From an uncultured Methanosarcinaceae archaeon (GTDB lineage Archaea > Halobacteriota > Methanosarcinia > Methanosarcinales > Methanosarcinaceae), in assembly GCA_963847185.1 (NCBI GenBank), contig CAWJYV010000002.1:64001-128000 (forward strand): 64,000 bases of DNA, written 5' to 3'. Numbering within the stretch: the stretch's first letter is position 1; each line of letters opens with the position of its first letter. This document shows positions 1 through 10,968 of this stretch, piece after piece. The position numbers and the translations under genes are program-made. The notes beneath the pieces were generated by a model, which saw nothing but the letters and a program-made list of their open reading frames with translations, was not told the DNA's origin and searched no databases.

Positions 1-843
1 ATGCGGCGACAGGAAATGAACGGCTTTGGAATTTATAATAAAGCGGGAGATAATGTCCAGGCGATATATAGATCAAGACTTCTAATAGAGATACTTTTAT
101 CATTGAACGAAGGAGGCAAAAAACTTTCCCAGCTGCGTGAAATCACCGGAAGTGCGTCTCAGGCTATTATTCCAAAGCTCAGGAAACTGGAAGCAGATCA
201 TCTGATCGAAATAAAAGATCGCGAGTACTGTCTAACCTCAACAGGAAAAATTGTGGCTTCGGGAGTAGCTAACTCTTTTGCAACAGTTGGAACGATTAAT
301 AAATTCAAGCATTTCTGGGCCAGGCACTACCTTGAAGGAATTCCCAGTTCCCTGCTAAATGAAATCGGATGCCTTTACGAGTCTGAAGTCCTCAATGACA
401 GGGGTATGAAGATTCTTAATGTATATAGTAATCAAATAAAAGTGATTAGAGAAGCAGATCATATATATGGCATATCGTCTGTTGTAACCGAAGGATATGC
501 TGATTCCATCACTGAAAGAGTGAGAGAAGGAATCCCTATTGAACTAATTGTTCCACTTCATGTAGCAGAAGAATTGAAGCAATCGCCTTATTTAGAAAAA
601 TTGGCGATGCTGAAATACTGTGAGAATTTCAAACTAATGCTTATGAGCGAAGACATTAAAGTTGGGCTTATTGTTACGGATAAATGCCTGGCCTTAAGCC
701 TGTACAAAAAAAGCGAAATTGAATACGACATAACTACAGGTTTGTTTAGCTCTGATCCGAAGGCTATTGAGTGGGGAAAAAAGCTTTTTGAGTATTGTAA
801 GATTCGCTCAGAAGCGAACTTACATGATAGTTACACGCATTGA
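1..843 (+). CDS. Winged helix-turn-helix transcriptional regulator (DUF1724/FilR1-like)
   Basis: N-terminal wHTH (ILLSLNEGGKKLSQLREITG...KLRKLE) and C-terminal LIVTDK.LALSLY...SSDPKAIEWG motif typical of this methanogen family. The start may be at 16 or upstream of the window. Confidence 0.8.
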   Translation: MRRQEMNGFGIYNKAGDNVQAIYRSRLLIEILLSLNEGGKKLSQLREITGSASQAIIPKLRKLEADHLIEIKDREYCLTSTGKIVASGVANSFATVGTINKFKHFWARHYLEGIPSSLLNEIGCLYESEVLNDRGMKILNVYSNQIKVIREADHIYGISSVVTEGYADSITERVREGIPIELIVPLHVAEELKQSPYLEKLAMLKYCENFKLMLMSEDIKVGLIVTDKCLALSLYKKSEIEYDITTGLFSSDPKAIEWGKKLFEYCKIRSEANLHDSYTH

Positions 844-859
844 TGAAACTTTCAAAAAC

Positions 860-1489
860 TCAAACATACTTGAACAGATCATCCCTTTTCATTTCATGCA
901 GCCTGTCCCGAAGCAGACTCTTTAAGGCTTTGAAGTCTCCTTTTTTGGCGCTAATCGGAGCTATCAAGTGCTTCCAGTTCTGCCATGGTGGCTCAAGTCC
1001 AAGACGGATAGAAACCTCATCAAGAAGAAGATCATACTCATTTTCTTTTACTTTGTCCATCTTGTTTGCAGCGATAATAGTGTCAATGCCTATTTCCCTC
1101 AGGAAATCAAACATCTCAATGTCTACAGGAATTTGATCCTTCAAGTCCCAGCGGTCAACTATTTGCGGGAAAACCGGACCGTCTATTACAAGGACCCCGA
1201 TTTTGATCCTTTCAGCATTTTTTTCGATATAGCGTATTGTTTGGTCTTTTACAATATCCTGCTTCCTGTCTTTTACTCCGCTCATGAACCCGAAACCCGG
1301 CATATCCGTGATCAGCAGGTCCGAAGCCTGGGCGTGTCTGGGACGCAGGGTAACACCTGGGCGTTTTCCTACCCTAACTTTTGCCCCGAAGAGCTCCCTC
1401 AGGAGAGAGGACTTGCCTACATTTGAACGTCCTACGAAAATAATTTCAAGGTTTATGCCGCTTTCAGCTGCAGTTTTAGTTGTTTCCAT
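860..1489 (-). CDS. engB: GTP-binding protein EngB (YihA/YsxC family)
   Basis: G1 GRSNVGKS, G2 PGVT, G3 DMPG, G4 NKMD, G5 SAK. Confidence 0.92.
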   Translation of the reverse strand: METTKTAAESGINLEIIFVGRSNVGKSSLLRELFGAKVRVGKRPGVTLRPRHAQASDLLITDMPGFGFMSGVKDRKQDIVKDQTIRYIEKNAERIKIGVLVIDGPVFPQIVDRWDLKDQIPVDIEMFDFLREIGIDTIIAANKMDKVKENEYDLLLDEVSIRLGLEPPWQNWKHLIAPISAKKGDFKALKSLLRDRLHEMKRDDLFKYV

Positions 1490-1601
1490 TATATTTTACC
1501 TCATTTGCCTCTCCGATCTTTCCCCGGGAATGTATACTGAAATCATAAGCACCTTTTCTCTCACGGTATTCGGCTGCAAGTCCCACTCCATTTTGAACAT
1601 A
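1476..1601 (-). pseudogene. Displaced, internally deleted 3' fragment of the DHH phosphoesterase gene (attachment-site copy 1)
   Basis: Translates YVQNGVGLAAEYRERKGAYDFSIHSRGKI-GEANEVKYNGNN*. This matches the intact DHH gene (YGQKEVGIAAEYRERRGAYDLSIRSRGKI...FDKK) and overlaps the engB start codon. Confidence 0.85.
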
Positions 1602-1875
1602 ATACAGTTAGAACCTGCATCCTATTATTGCCGTGAATTTTAGAAGTAGATGATAATCAGGAAGGTCTTAAAGATGACATTTTGATGATAGAATACTTAG
1701 ATCCTATATAAAATTCCCTTACTTCTTAGTACCATACCTCCTCCAAGAATGATTCTAAGGCTATATGAAAGGTTCAAAAATCCAGCGAATAGTTTTGGTA
1801 TTCTTTGAAAGTCTCGTAAAGCCGTAAATATCCAGACTTAATACAGGAAAAAGTAAAAGATGGAATTACTGTTTT

Positions 1876-2244
1876 TTAAAAACTGAATAAATTAGTCTGT
1901 TTCCTCTCTTCCGGAATATTCCAGCCATTCAAATTAAAAATGTCTAACGCAATCCGTCTAGCTGTGATATTACCGTCTTCATATCTCTTAACTACATCCG
2001 GCCTTTCAGCCAGATAAATTAGAACGTTCCCATGACAAGGAGACGGAGAACACCAACACGCAAGAGTTTTATTATCAAGTGTTCCAAGGTCATTTAAGAG
2101 CCTGTTATTTTCTAGAAGATAGAAAACATATTTCCAAATTACGAGTAATCTACTCTTCTCAGAATTCATTTTGAAGGGGTTACCCCATTTAGATTTTCTA
2201 TCAACGCGTACATGCAGCCCAGGAACACAAGACGTATTATGCAT
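1876..2244 (-). CDS. DUF4326-like protein (common in viruses and mobile elements)
   Basis: Motifs RKSKWGNPF and KTLACWCSPSPCHGNVL. Confidence 0.8.
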   Translation of the reverse strand: MHNTSCVPGLHVRVDRKSKWGNPFKMNSEKSRLLVIWKYVFYLLENNRLLNDLGTLDNKTLACWCSPSPCHGNVLIYLAERPDVVKRYEDGNITARRIALDIFNLNGWNIPEERKQTNLFSF

Positions 2245-2270
2245 GTTTAGAAGAGTTGTCCCATTGATGT

Positions 2271-2633
2271 TTATCCCTCAGTCCCTTCGCGTCTCATATG
2301 GGTGGGTTGGCCTCCATGTGCTGCCTTCTCAAGCGCGTTTATCTGTTCTGCTAGCTCGTTAAGCTGTTCATGAAGAAAGATAAATTCAGCTGTTCGTTTC
2401 TGTAATTCATCTCCTTGATCTGTGTCCTTCTTTGATTCTTTTTCCAACTCTGCCAAATTCTTGATAATATAATCGCAAGTGGGATTCGGACAGGTCCAGC
2501 CAGATTTGACAAAACGTTGTTTCCCGTCTACTAATTCACGGATGTAATTTCTTTTAAGGTATTCACCACATTTCGGACATATTGGTTTAGGAGTTGCCCC
2601 CTTTTGTCCCTGCCTTCGTTTTGGTTCAGTCAT
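2271..2633 (-). CDS. Small zinc-ribbon protein with C-terminal coiled coil
   Basis: CPKC...CPNPTC pairs and a heptad-like tail (LNELAEQINALEK). Confidence 0.65.
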   Translation of the reverse strand: MTEPKRRQGQKGATPKPICPKCGEYLKRNYIRELVDGKQRFVKSGWTCPNPTCDYIIKNLAELEKESKKDTDQGDELQKRTAEFIFLHEQLNELAEQINALEKAAHGGQPTHMRREGTEG

Positions 2634-2784
2634 TATTTACTCTCGTAAATTTTTCTTTACCATATCTCGTAAAGTCGTTTTTCTCTTCTGTTGCATTGCT
2701 TATTTCTTCTTCCCATAGGACTCAGTTATGTCCTCTTAAATCGCCTCTAATTCAATCCTAATTTTAGTAGATCTTACTAGCCAT

Positions 2785-2997
2785 TTAATCTAATTCAATT
2801 AAATTATGGATCAATAATAAGGCTGCTACCTCATTTAGTGTCAATTTAAGTTCTGACTTTCCATGAAATAATTCATCGTGGATCGCAATTAAATACCTTT
2901 TATTCGGCGGAATATACCAATAAGGATGTGATAAAACTCCATTTTCGTAGATTAATGCCAGTTCATCTATTTTAGCTAAAACAGTCTTTCGATCCAT
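2785..2997 (-). CDS. Hypothetical 70-aa protein, first gene of island module 1
   Basis: Intact ORF with a diverged homolog at 10969-11094 that shows mostly conservative changes. Confidence 0.65.
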   Translation of the reverse strand: MDRKTVLAKIDELALIYENGVLSHPYWYIPPNKRYLIAIHDELFHGKSELKLTLNEVAALLLIHNLIELD

Positions 2998-3261
2998 AAT
3001 CCCTTCGGCTAATAATTCTTATGGTGTCTTAAGTTACTTTATAACTAATAAACGTCCTTTGACATTAAGTTTCTCTTTTGGATTAATATTTCTCCACTTA
3101 ATACAACACATTACTTGATTTCCCAAAAATAGAATTTTTCGTAACTATTCAGTTAACGGAGTTAACAAAAATTTTATATTACTTCTTTCAGAAAACAGGA
3201 GAATTTCTTTAAGTTAAGTTCAGGAAGAGAATAATAAAACTGCATCAAGGAGTCTTTATAT

Positions 3262-3369
3262 CGCTTTCAGCTGCAGTTTTAGTTGTTTCCATCAATTTTC
3301 CATCATATCTTCCTCATTTGCCTCTCCTATCTTCTTATCAAAATCTCCTATCTTCTTATCAAAATCTCT
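3262..3369 (-). repeat. Attachment-site copy 2: DHH C-terminal codons plus the first 10 codons of engB
   Basis: 3262-3292 is identical to 1459-1489 (31 bp, METTKTAAES). 3293-3369 encodes RDFDKKIG-DFDKKIGEANE, with a 21-bp tandem duplication at 3324-3365. Confidence 0.85.
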
Positions 3370-3371
3370 GA

Positions 3372-3488
3372 CAGGCTGTCTGAGAATTATTGCCAGTAAT
3401 ACAAAAATGCTGAACAGAAAGCAAATATGACCTTAAAATCAAAAAAAAGGAATTCTGTAATTATCTCTGGTAATTGTCGGCCAGCCTC
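3372..3488. mobile_element. Putative MITE / IS-end remnant
   Basis: Imperfect terminal inverted repeat CAGGCTGTCTGAGAATTA versus GAGGCTGGCCGACAATTA (14/18) around a non-coding interior. Confidence 0.4.
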
Positions 3489-3803
3489 TTTAGGGTGGGG
3501 TAGCCGTACGCAATTTGATTTTCTACAATAGCCTACTTGGGTTAACCTTGCGCTGACATACAAAACTGATTAATAAGCATGGGGGTACTACTGCACACTA
3601 AGGCTGACCAGATTAGAAATTAAATGAGAATATGCACAAGATGCATCCCAATTGCAGGAAATGTGCATCCAGTTCTTTACAGGAATATGGGTTTCTCAAG
3701 GCACGAAGCCTTTTCACTTCTTAGGATGGTATGGAAGCTGCCTGAAAGAAACCTGTAATACCGGATGTAAAATTGAGGGATTTACTACTTTGACCGTCGT
3801 CAC

Positions 3804-4895
3804 TTATTTCCCAAACAGATAGGGTGAGAGCTTAGCACTTATCAAAGCAGCTACGACACCAATAATTATCCAATCTAGATTCGTAGAAGGTTGTCTTAGT
3901 AACATAGATATTACAAAACTAAGTATACCAAACACAATTAAGGCAACAATAGCTACAGCAATTCCCTGTTCAAGCCAAGAAGATTCTTCTGTAGGAGTAG
4001 GAGATGATATATTTGGACTTTTAAACTGGCCGAAGGCAAAAGAACCATATCCTGTATTTACCGTGTCTGTAACTTTATTAGTGTCAGTGTCAATTACAGA
4101 AACAATGCCATCGGAGTTAACCACATACACTTTTGAGCCATCAGGATTAGCGATAACTTCAAAAGGATTGTTATCTACATCCACAGTGGCTGTAACTTTA
4201 TTAGTGCCAGTGTCAATTACAGAGACAGAGTTGCTGCCCCAGTTCGCCACGTATACATTTGTTCCATCTGGCGTAACTGTTAATCTGCAAGGAGTATCCC
4301 CTACCGTTACACCGGCTGTAATTGTGTTAGAAGCTATATCTATTAGAGAGACCGTGCCGTTTAAACAATTCGTTATGTATAGCATTTTCCCATCTGGAGT
4401 TATAGTAATTCCATGATGATGAGTATGTCCAACAGGTCTCTTATTCGTAACTTTATTCGATTTAGTATCAACTATATATATATTATAATCATTTTCGTCT
4501 TCATCTACTACGTATACATTTTTCCCGTCTGGACTGACTGCAATTTCCCCAGGGCTCTTTCCTACTTTTACTGTGGCTGTAACCTTATTGGTTGAAGTGT
4601 CAATCACAGAAATAGTGCCACTGCCAGTGTTTGCTACATATACTTTTTTTACATCTGGGCTGACTGCAATTCCAGAAGGATATTTTCCTACATCAATTGT
4701 AGTCGTAAACCTGTTGCTTGAAGTATCAAACACAGAGACAGTGTCGTTTTGTGGATTTGTAAAATACATATAGGAAGTTGCTGATGAGGTGTTCTGCGCA
4801 GAAGATACTGATACAGCAAAAGGACAAATAATTAAAAATAAAAGAAGGATCATTGAAACTAAAACGATTGAATATGGGCTTATTTCTTTCTTCAT
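3804..4895 (-). CDS. YVTN-repeat beta-propeller surface protein with signal peptide and C-terminal membrane anchor
   Basis: Repeated P.GIAVSPDG.KVYVAN..S.TVSVIDT units, hydrophobic N-terminus, two C-terminal hydrophobic helices. Confidence 0.9.
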   Translation of the reverse strand: MKKEISPYSIVLVSMILLLFLIICPFAVSVSSAQNTSSATSYMYFTNPQNDTVSVFDTSSNRFTTTIDVGKYPSGIAVSPDVKKVYVANTGSGTISVIDTSTNKVTATVKVGKSPGEIAVSPDGKNVYVVDEDENDYNIYIVDTKSNKVTNKRPVGHTHHHGITITPDGKMLYITNCLNGTVSLIDIASNTITAGVTVGDTPCRLTVTPDGTNVYVANWGSNSVSVIDTGTNKVTATVDVDNNPFEVIANPDGSKVYVVNSDGIVSVIDTDTNKVTDTVNTGYGSFAFGQFKSPNISSPTPTEESSWLEQGIAVAIVALIVFGILSFVISMLLRQPSTNLDWIIIGVVAALISAKLSPYLFGK

Positions 4896-4920
4896 TTGCT
4901 CTCACACATCAATATGAATT

Positions 4921-5128
4921 TTTTCGATATTAGTATAATTAATCGAAGTATATACAAATTTAGTAACCATATTTTAAATGTATTCAATTAATCCATATTT
5001 TTATAAAAATTCTGAAAATATTCGTTTTCGATATTAGTATAATTAATCGAAGTATATACAAATTTAGTAACCATATTTTAAATGTATTCAATTAATCCAT
5101 ATTTTTATAAAAATTCTGAAAATATTCG
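4921..5128. repeat. Perfect 104-bp tandem duplication
   Basis: 4921-5024 equals 5025-5128. It lies directly upstream of the YVTN gene. Confidence 0.9.
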
Positions 5129-5236
5129 AATTTTGCAGCTATGACTTATTTCAGAGGTTAATGGAAGAAGCACTATTTGCAGCAGATGAATACAAGATTC
5201 TGATGTAGTGGAATAAGATCATAAGGTACCGAAGCT

Positions 5237-6282
<1,046 letters not shown>

Positions 6283-6625
6283 ATTTTAAAGAAAAGTGAT
6301 AAGCATTTCACCCTAAATATCCATGTTTTGGAGAGGGTTAAAGCTGGGGAAAAATTAGTTTTGGAGGGGCAGATTAAGGATTAAGAGGGGTTAAATTTTA
6401 ATTATGGAGGTTAGGGGCTAAGTTTTAAGGTTAAGGGCTAAAGAGGAGAATCTACATTATATGCACCTAACCTTATGTACTATCTGACAGTCCCTGTTGA
6501 AATTTTTTACCTATGTCAAACCAAATTAGTTTTGACTCATTATAAGCTCTAATTACATTTGCTCTGGTGAGAAGCTATCAAGAATATATTCCATAATTAA
6601 TTTGCCATGACACTAGGCTTAATGA

Positions 6626-9600
6626 TTATCCTTGTTGTTCTATTCTCGCTCCGCGATCTAATAAGAATTGTAATAATGTTTGCTTTTCCTTTTGGTCCTG
6701 TCCAGAACATTTAATCTCTTGATAAAGCCCAGAAGCTCCCTCTATCTGCATATCCTGACAGTTCGTTTTTGAGATTAAGTTGGCTATACAATGTTGAATT
6801 TTTAGGTTTTCCGTATCTATTTCTAATATTTGAATCTTTGAATTATAAAGAATTGCGAGAAAACGACCGTCAAAACTAATCTTCTGATCTCGGATAAGTT
6901 GCTTAATTTCCAATAATGTAACCATTTTATTTTTATTTAGATCATGTAATGTCAATTTTGCACGGCCTGTCATTAATTCTTCCAATTCTCCCAATTCTTC
7001 TTCTATATCAATTATATAAGATCCGTCTGGACTCAAACTAAATCTATGTTCATGATTTTTAAAATCAAGTGAATAAATTGGTTCAAAATTAGGATAAGTC
7101 CAAACTAAAATCTTGCGATTTATATCTTCATATTTTTCAGAAAATCCATTATAAGTTATAGTTGCTCCAATGATATCCTGATTCGCGGTCATTTGAAGAT
7201 CATAAATGTTTTTTGCATCTTTTACAACAAAAGTGGAGATAAGATCTTGGTTTTCCCAGTTCCACGTTCTAATTTCTCCACCATATCCTGTTGACAATAC
7301 CAATTTTTCATCATTTATTGGATATGCCGCATTGCACCATCCAGGTTGAGCCTCAAATGAAGATAATTCAATACCACTTAAAGCATCCCAAATTTTGAGA
7401 ATTCCTGTTCCTCCATGACTTGATGAGATGTATCTTCCAGATAGTGAACAATATAGATTATTAGTCATCTTTACAGGCTCGCAATTTAATGATTTACCTG
7501 TCTTAACATCAAAAATAAGAATACTATCTTTATTAAATGAAGTAAGTGCGAAAAGGTCTGTATGAGTAATCTCGCAAATCATACCATATAAATCAGGATA
7601 GTCGATTTTAGTTTGAAAGGTAGAAATTAGTTGACCTGTTGATGCGTTCCAAATCCTAATGCTGCCATCACTTACATATGCTACTATACGTTTTCCATTA
7701 TTACACCAAGTGAAATCCCTTATTTCGGGGTCATCTATCCGAATCCCATCCAAAATGGAATTTTTTAGATTTGTGCGAAGTAATAAATTACCAGAGAGTT
7801 GAGAATTTGTTAAGTTACAATCATTCATTTTTGATTCAATCATGCTACATTGGTGAAAAAAAGAAAATGATAAATTGCTGCAATTAATATTGGCTCCATT
7901 CATATTACATCTTGTCAAATTAGAGTGAGATAAGTCACTCCCGATCATACATGAATTTTCAAAAGAGCAATCTGTGACTCTACACTCTTGAAGACATATT
8001 TTCTCAAGATTAGAAGATGTAAAATCACAATCCTCTAAATTTGCACCCTTTAATATAGTATTAGCTAAATCAATTCCTGCAAAAGATTTTCTTTTCGTTT
8101 GCATTAATGAAGCCGCATTTCCACCAGTGTAATTAATGGATTCCAAGCTTTTGTCACGTGTAAAATAAATTAGATTCAATAATTTTTCAGTAGAACTATT
8201 CGATAGCATCTCACGCAAAAATTTGTAGACTGCTCCCATCTGTTCATGTGTAAGAGGAATCAGACCAAAAACGTCTGTTAATTCAGTAATATTTTTTGCT
8301 TTAAAGGGTATAGAACATTTTTTTCCATCTGTTCCAAAATAAGTCTTCGAAAAAACTTCATCTAATATATCTAAATCTAATGTAAATTTCAATGCCACAA
8401 AATATTCAGCTAGGCTTTTATGTGCAAACTCATAATAACCAACAGCGTTTCGATGTAAAAGTGTTTGATTACGTAAATCAAAGTCCCAAGTGTCAAGTTC
8501 ATGCTGATCTTTTATACTTTTGCCAAAATAAGTTTGTATTCTTTCAGGGATTAATTTATAGTTAATACTCAAATTCCCGGTTTTGATCATCTCCCATGCC
8601 AACTCACACAAGAAATATAATTTATCAGTAGTTGTTGTAAATGTGCGCTTTGTCTCAATGTTGCGTAAAAGTAGCTTGTTAGTAGCATAAAGATAAACTT
8701 GGGCTTGGTTTTCTAGTATATCCTCATTTACTTCATCTAAAGCTGCTAGTAGCAACTCTATAAGAAGTGGTTTTCGTGCCATAGCAGCTAAGTTTTCTTG
8801 ATTCAATATCTTGTCGGCAACAATAGATCCCTGCTTATCTCCTCTCTGCTTGATAATAACATCACGTATTTGATCATCGTTAAAATGTTCCAAGTAAAGT
8901 ACCTCAAACTTAGGTGGAGACAATACAATAGTACTTCTCCCATACTCTTTTCCAGTTAGTATTTTTTCGGATTCTTTTGCCCACCTAAAGTACTCAGTTC
9001 TGCTAGTGAGTATCACTTTACTGTTATCATCTACCAATTCGGCTAATTCCCAAAAATTATCCACTACAGTTTGGTAATCCACCTGTCGAGCCATTTCATC
9101 GAAACCGTCTAAAATTAGAAGCAATTTCCCTTGACGATTCATTTCTTTAAAGGCATTGTAAGCGCTCCCAACAAACGGCAGTTTGTATTGTTCAAGCAAT
9201 GCATCATTTATCAGTTGTTGCACTGTAGTAGCTTTATTAAAATTACGCAGAGTGATTAGTAATGGGAGTCTTTGTTTAACCGGATCTTTAAGATAGCGAT
9301 TGAGCTGAATATAAGCATAGTGTCTACAGAACCAAGTTTTTCCAGTACCGAATTCGCCTAATAACGAAATATGGGTTTTTCCTCTCTCCATTAACCAGTC
9401 ATCTATATAGCTATCTAGACTCGAATATTCTTCCCTTGCCTCTCTTTCATCTTCAATTTTCTCTTTATAGCAACCAATATCAACGTACAGCTCTGGAATG
9501 TGTTCTTTTTCTACCAAAGATTTTAAGGTATCAAAATACTGTCCCCATACTTTTTGTCTCAAAAATTCGTTAAGTGTGAAAACTTCGAAAGCATTGTCTT

Positions 9601-10864
9601 CGCTAGCACGTACTCTAGCGCTTTGTGAAACACGTTTATCACTGATCAACCATCCCTGCGGGATTCTTCGATTGAGTAACCCATCTAGATCGTTTACGTC
9701 TTTCTCGCTAATCTCTCCCCCAATACATCTTATTAGCAAGTTCTGCTTAAAGGGATTAACCGTTTTGATATCTACAGTTCTTTCATCAGAACGGTTGAAC
9801 TCAATTACTTCAAATTTAATAACTTGTAGCCACATTTTGACTTCATCAGCCAGAGATATTAAAGGATCATTGCATTTTTGAAGATTCTCTAAAATGCCGG
9901 TTATTTCTATAGGTAATTTTTTCGAATAATTGTACTCTTCGACTTTCGAATCATTATCAATTAGAATTTGAATACTTTCTCTTGACAAAACATCCAATAA
10001 TACTTGGTTTTTGCTTTTAAAACCCTCGATGTATTCTTGCTGTATTAGTAAACCGTAGTTCCTCATGTCTTCTGGATGAAGTGCTATTTTCAGAAGTATG
10101 TGGTTTTTATCACTGAAGCTGATAGTAGTAAGGTTGTGAAGCCACCAATACAAACTACTGTGCGGATCAAATGAAAAATTTAATACAGTATCTATGGATA
10201 CTCGATTACTATCAATATCCAATTCGTCTGAAAAACGTAAGAGTGCAGCAACCAACTTTTTTCTCATTTCTATGTGGAGAGTAAAATTACTTGCACAGCT
10301 TGTTATTGGTAATTTGGAGTGATATTTGCACACATCCATTAAGTCTGAAATAAGAGTGTAGTGAACTGTTTGAATTGCAGGGCCAAGATTGGTTTTACCT
10401 GTTGTATATGCATATGAAATCCAAGCAGCAGATAGAAATTGGTGATTTTTTCGGATAGAGTTTTGTTCTTCAATGCTGTAGTTACTCGCAACTTTCGCAG
10501 TAAAATCTACTTCGAATTCTGCACCAAGTTTTTCTGCTTGCTCTTTTATTTGAGGAAACTTTACTACATCACACTGCATTCCTATATCATGTAAATAAAT
10601 GCCAGCAAGGAGAATATACATTTCATACTCAGTTAGTTCTTTACCGCCATTTACTTCTAATAATTTATCTGCAAAGCCTACTAGTCTTTCACAGTGTTTA
10701 TTTCCATGATCTGTATAATTTCGTACTATTCGTGGAGTATCTTCACTCCACAGTTTCTCCATAGATTCACGAATTAATCCCAGACTTGTGCGTAAATTTC
10801 TATTTTTAATGTATTTTTCGATGAGATCTACTTCAGCATCTGTGAACTCGGCCAAGAAAGACAA
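6626..10864 (-). CDS. NLR-like STAND protein: HD-type domain, inactive REase-like fold, NACHT NTPase, pentapeptide repeats, WD40 repeats
   Basis: HD motifs TDHGNKH / YLHDIGM / KYHS / LLRFSDELD; Walker A GEFGTGKT; Walker B LILDGFDE; ILTSR; PLL; FAHKSLAEYFVA; A/S-N-L pentapeptides; DGSIRIWN, GILKIWD and GEIRTWN WD40 repeats. Confidence 0.85.
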   Translation of the reverse strand: MSFLAEFTDAEVDLIEKYIKNRNLRTSLGLIRESMEKLWSEDTPRIVRNYTDHGNKHCERLVGFADKLLEVNGGKELTEYEMYILLAGIYLHDIGMQCDVVKFPQIKEQAEKLGAEFEVDFTAKVASNYSIEEQNSIRKNHQFLSAAWISYAYTTGKTNLGPAIQTVHYTLISDLMDVCKYHSKLPITSCASNFTLHIEMRKKLVAALLRFSDELDIDSNRVSIDTVLNFSFDPHSSLYWWLHNLTTISFSDKNHILLKIALHPEDMRNYGLLIQQEYIEGFKSKNQVLLDVLSRESIQILIDNDSKVEEYNYSKKLPIEITGILENLQKCNDPLISLADEVKMWLQVIKFEVIEFNRSDERTVDIKTVNPFKQNLLIRCIGGEISEKDVNDLDGLLNRRIPQGWLISDKRVSQSARVRASEDNAFEVFTLNEFLRQKVWGQYFDTLKSLVEKEHIPELYVDIGCYKEKIEDEREAREEYSSLDSYIDDWLMERGKTHISLLGEFGTGKTWFCRHYAYIQLNRYLKDPVKQRLPLLITLRNFNKATTVQQLINDALLEQYKLPFVGSAYNAFKEMNRQGKLLLILDGFDEMARQVDYQTVVDNFWELAELVDDNSKVILTSRTEYFRWAKESEKILTGKEYGRSTIVLSPPKFEVLYLEHFNDDQIRDVIIKQRGDKQGSIVADKILNQENLAAMARKPLLIELLLAALDEVNEDILENQAQVYLYATNKLLLRNIETKRTFTTTTDKLYFLCELAWEMIKTGNLSINYKLIPERIQTYFGKSIKDQHELDTWDFDLRNQTLLHRNAVGYYEFAHKSLAEYFVALKFTLDLDILDEVFSKTYFGTDGKKCSIPFKAKNITELTDVFGLIPLTHEQMGAVYKFLREMLSNSSTEKLLNLIYFTRDKSLESINYTGGNAASLMQTKRKSFAGIDLANTILKGANLEDCDFTSSNLEKICLQECRVTDCSFENSCMIGSDLSHSNLTRCNMNGANINCSNLSFSFFHQCSMIESKMNDCNLTNSQLSGNLLLRTNLKNSILDGIRIDDPEIRDFTWCNNGKRIVAYVSDGSIRIWNASTGQLISTFQTKIDYPDLYGMICEITHTDLFALTSFNKDSILIFDVKTGKSLNCEPVKMTNNLYCSLSGRYISSSHGGTGILKIWDALSGIELSSFEAQPGWCNAAYPINDEKLVLSTGYGGEIRTWNWENQDLISTFVVKDAKNIYDLQMTANQDIIGATITYNGFSEKYEDINRKILVWTYPNFEPIYSLDFKNHEHRFSLSPDGSYIIDIEEELGELEELMTGRAKLTLHDLNKNKMVTLLEIKQLIRDQKISFDGRFLAILYNSKIQILEIDTENLKIQHCIANLISKTNCQDMQIEGASGLYQEIKCSGQDQKEKQTLLQFLLDRGARIEQQG

Positions 10865-10968
10865 CTCCTACAGAGCTACTGTGTAGAATCTTATATATAC
10901 ATTATTAAATTTAGTTTTGTGTAGTTTTTGGGAATGGACAATTTTGTAGAATAGTCGAAAGATATAAG

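Noticed and set aside
4063-4773. Plus-strand ORFs antisense to the YVTN gene (likewise 24634-25497)
   Set aside because: Shadow ORFs produced by the repetitive codon pattern of the real gene.
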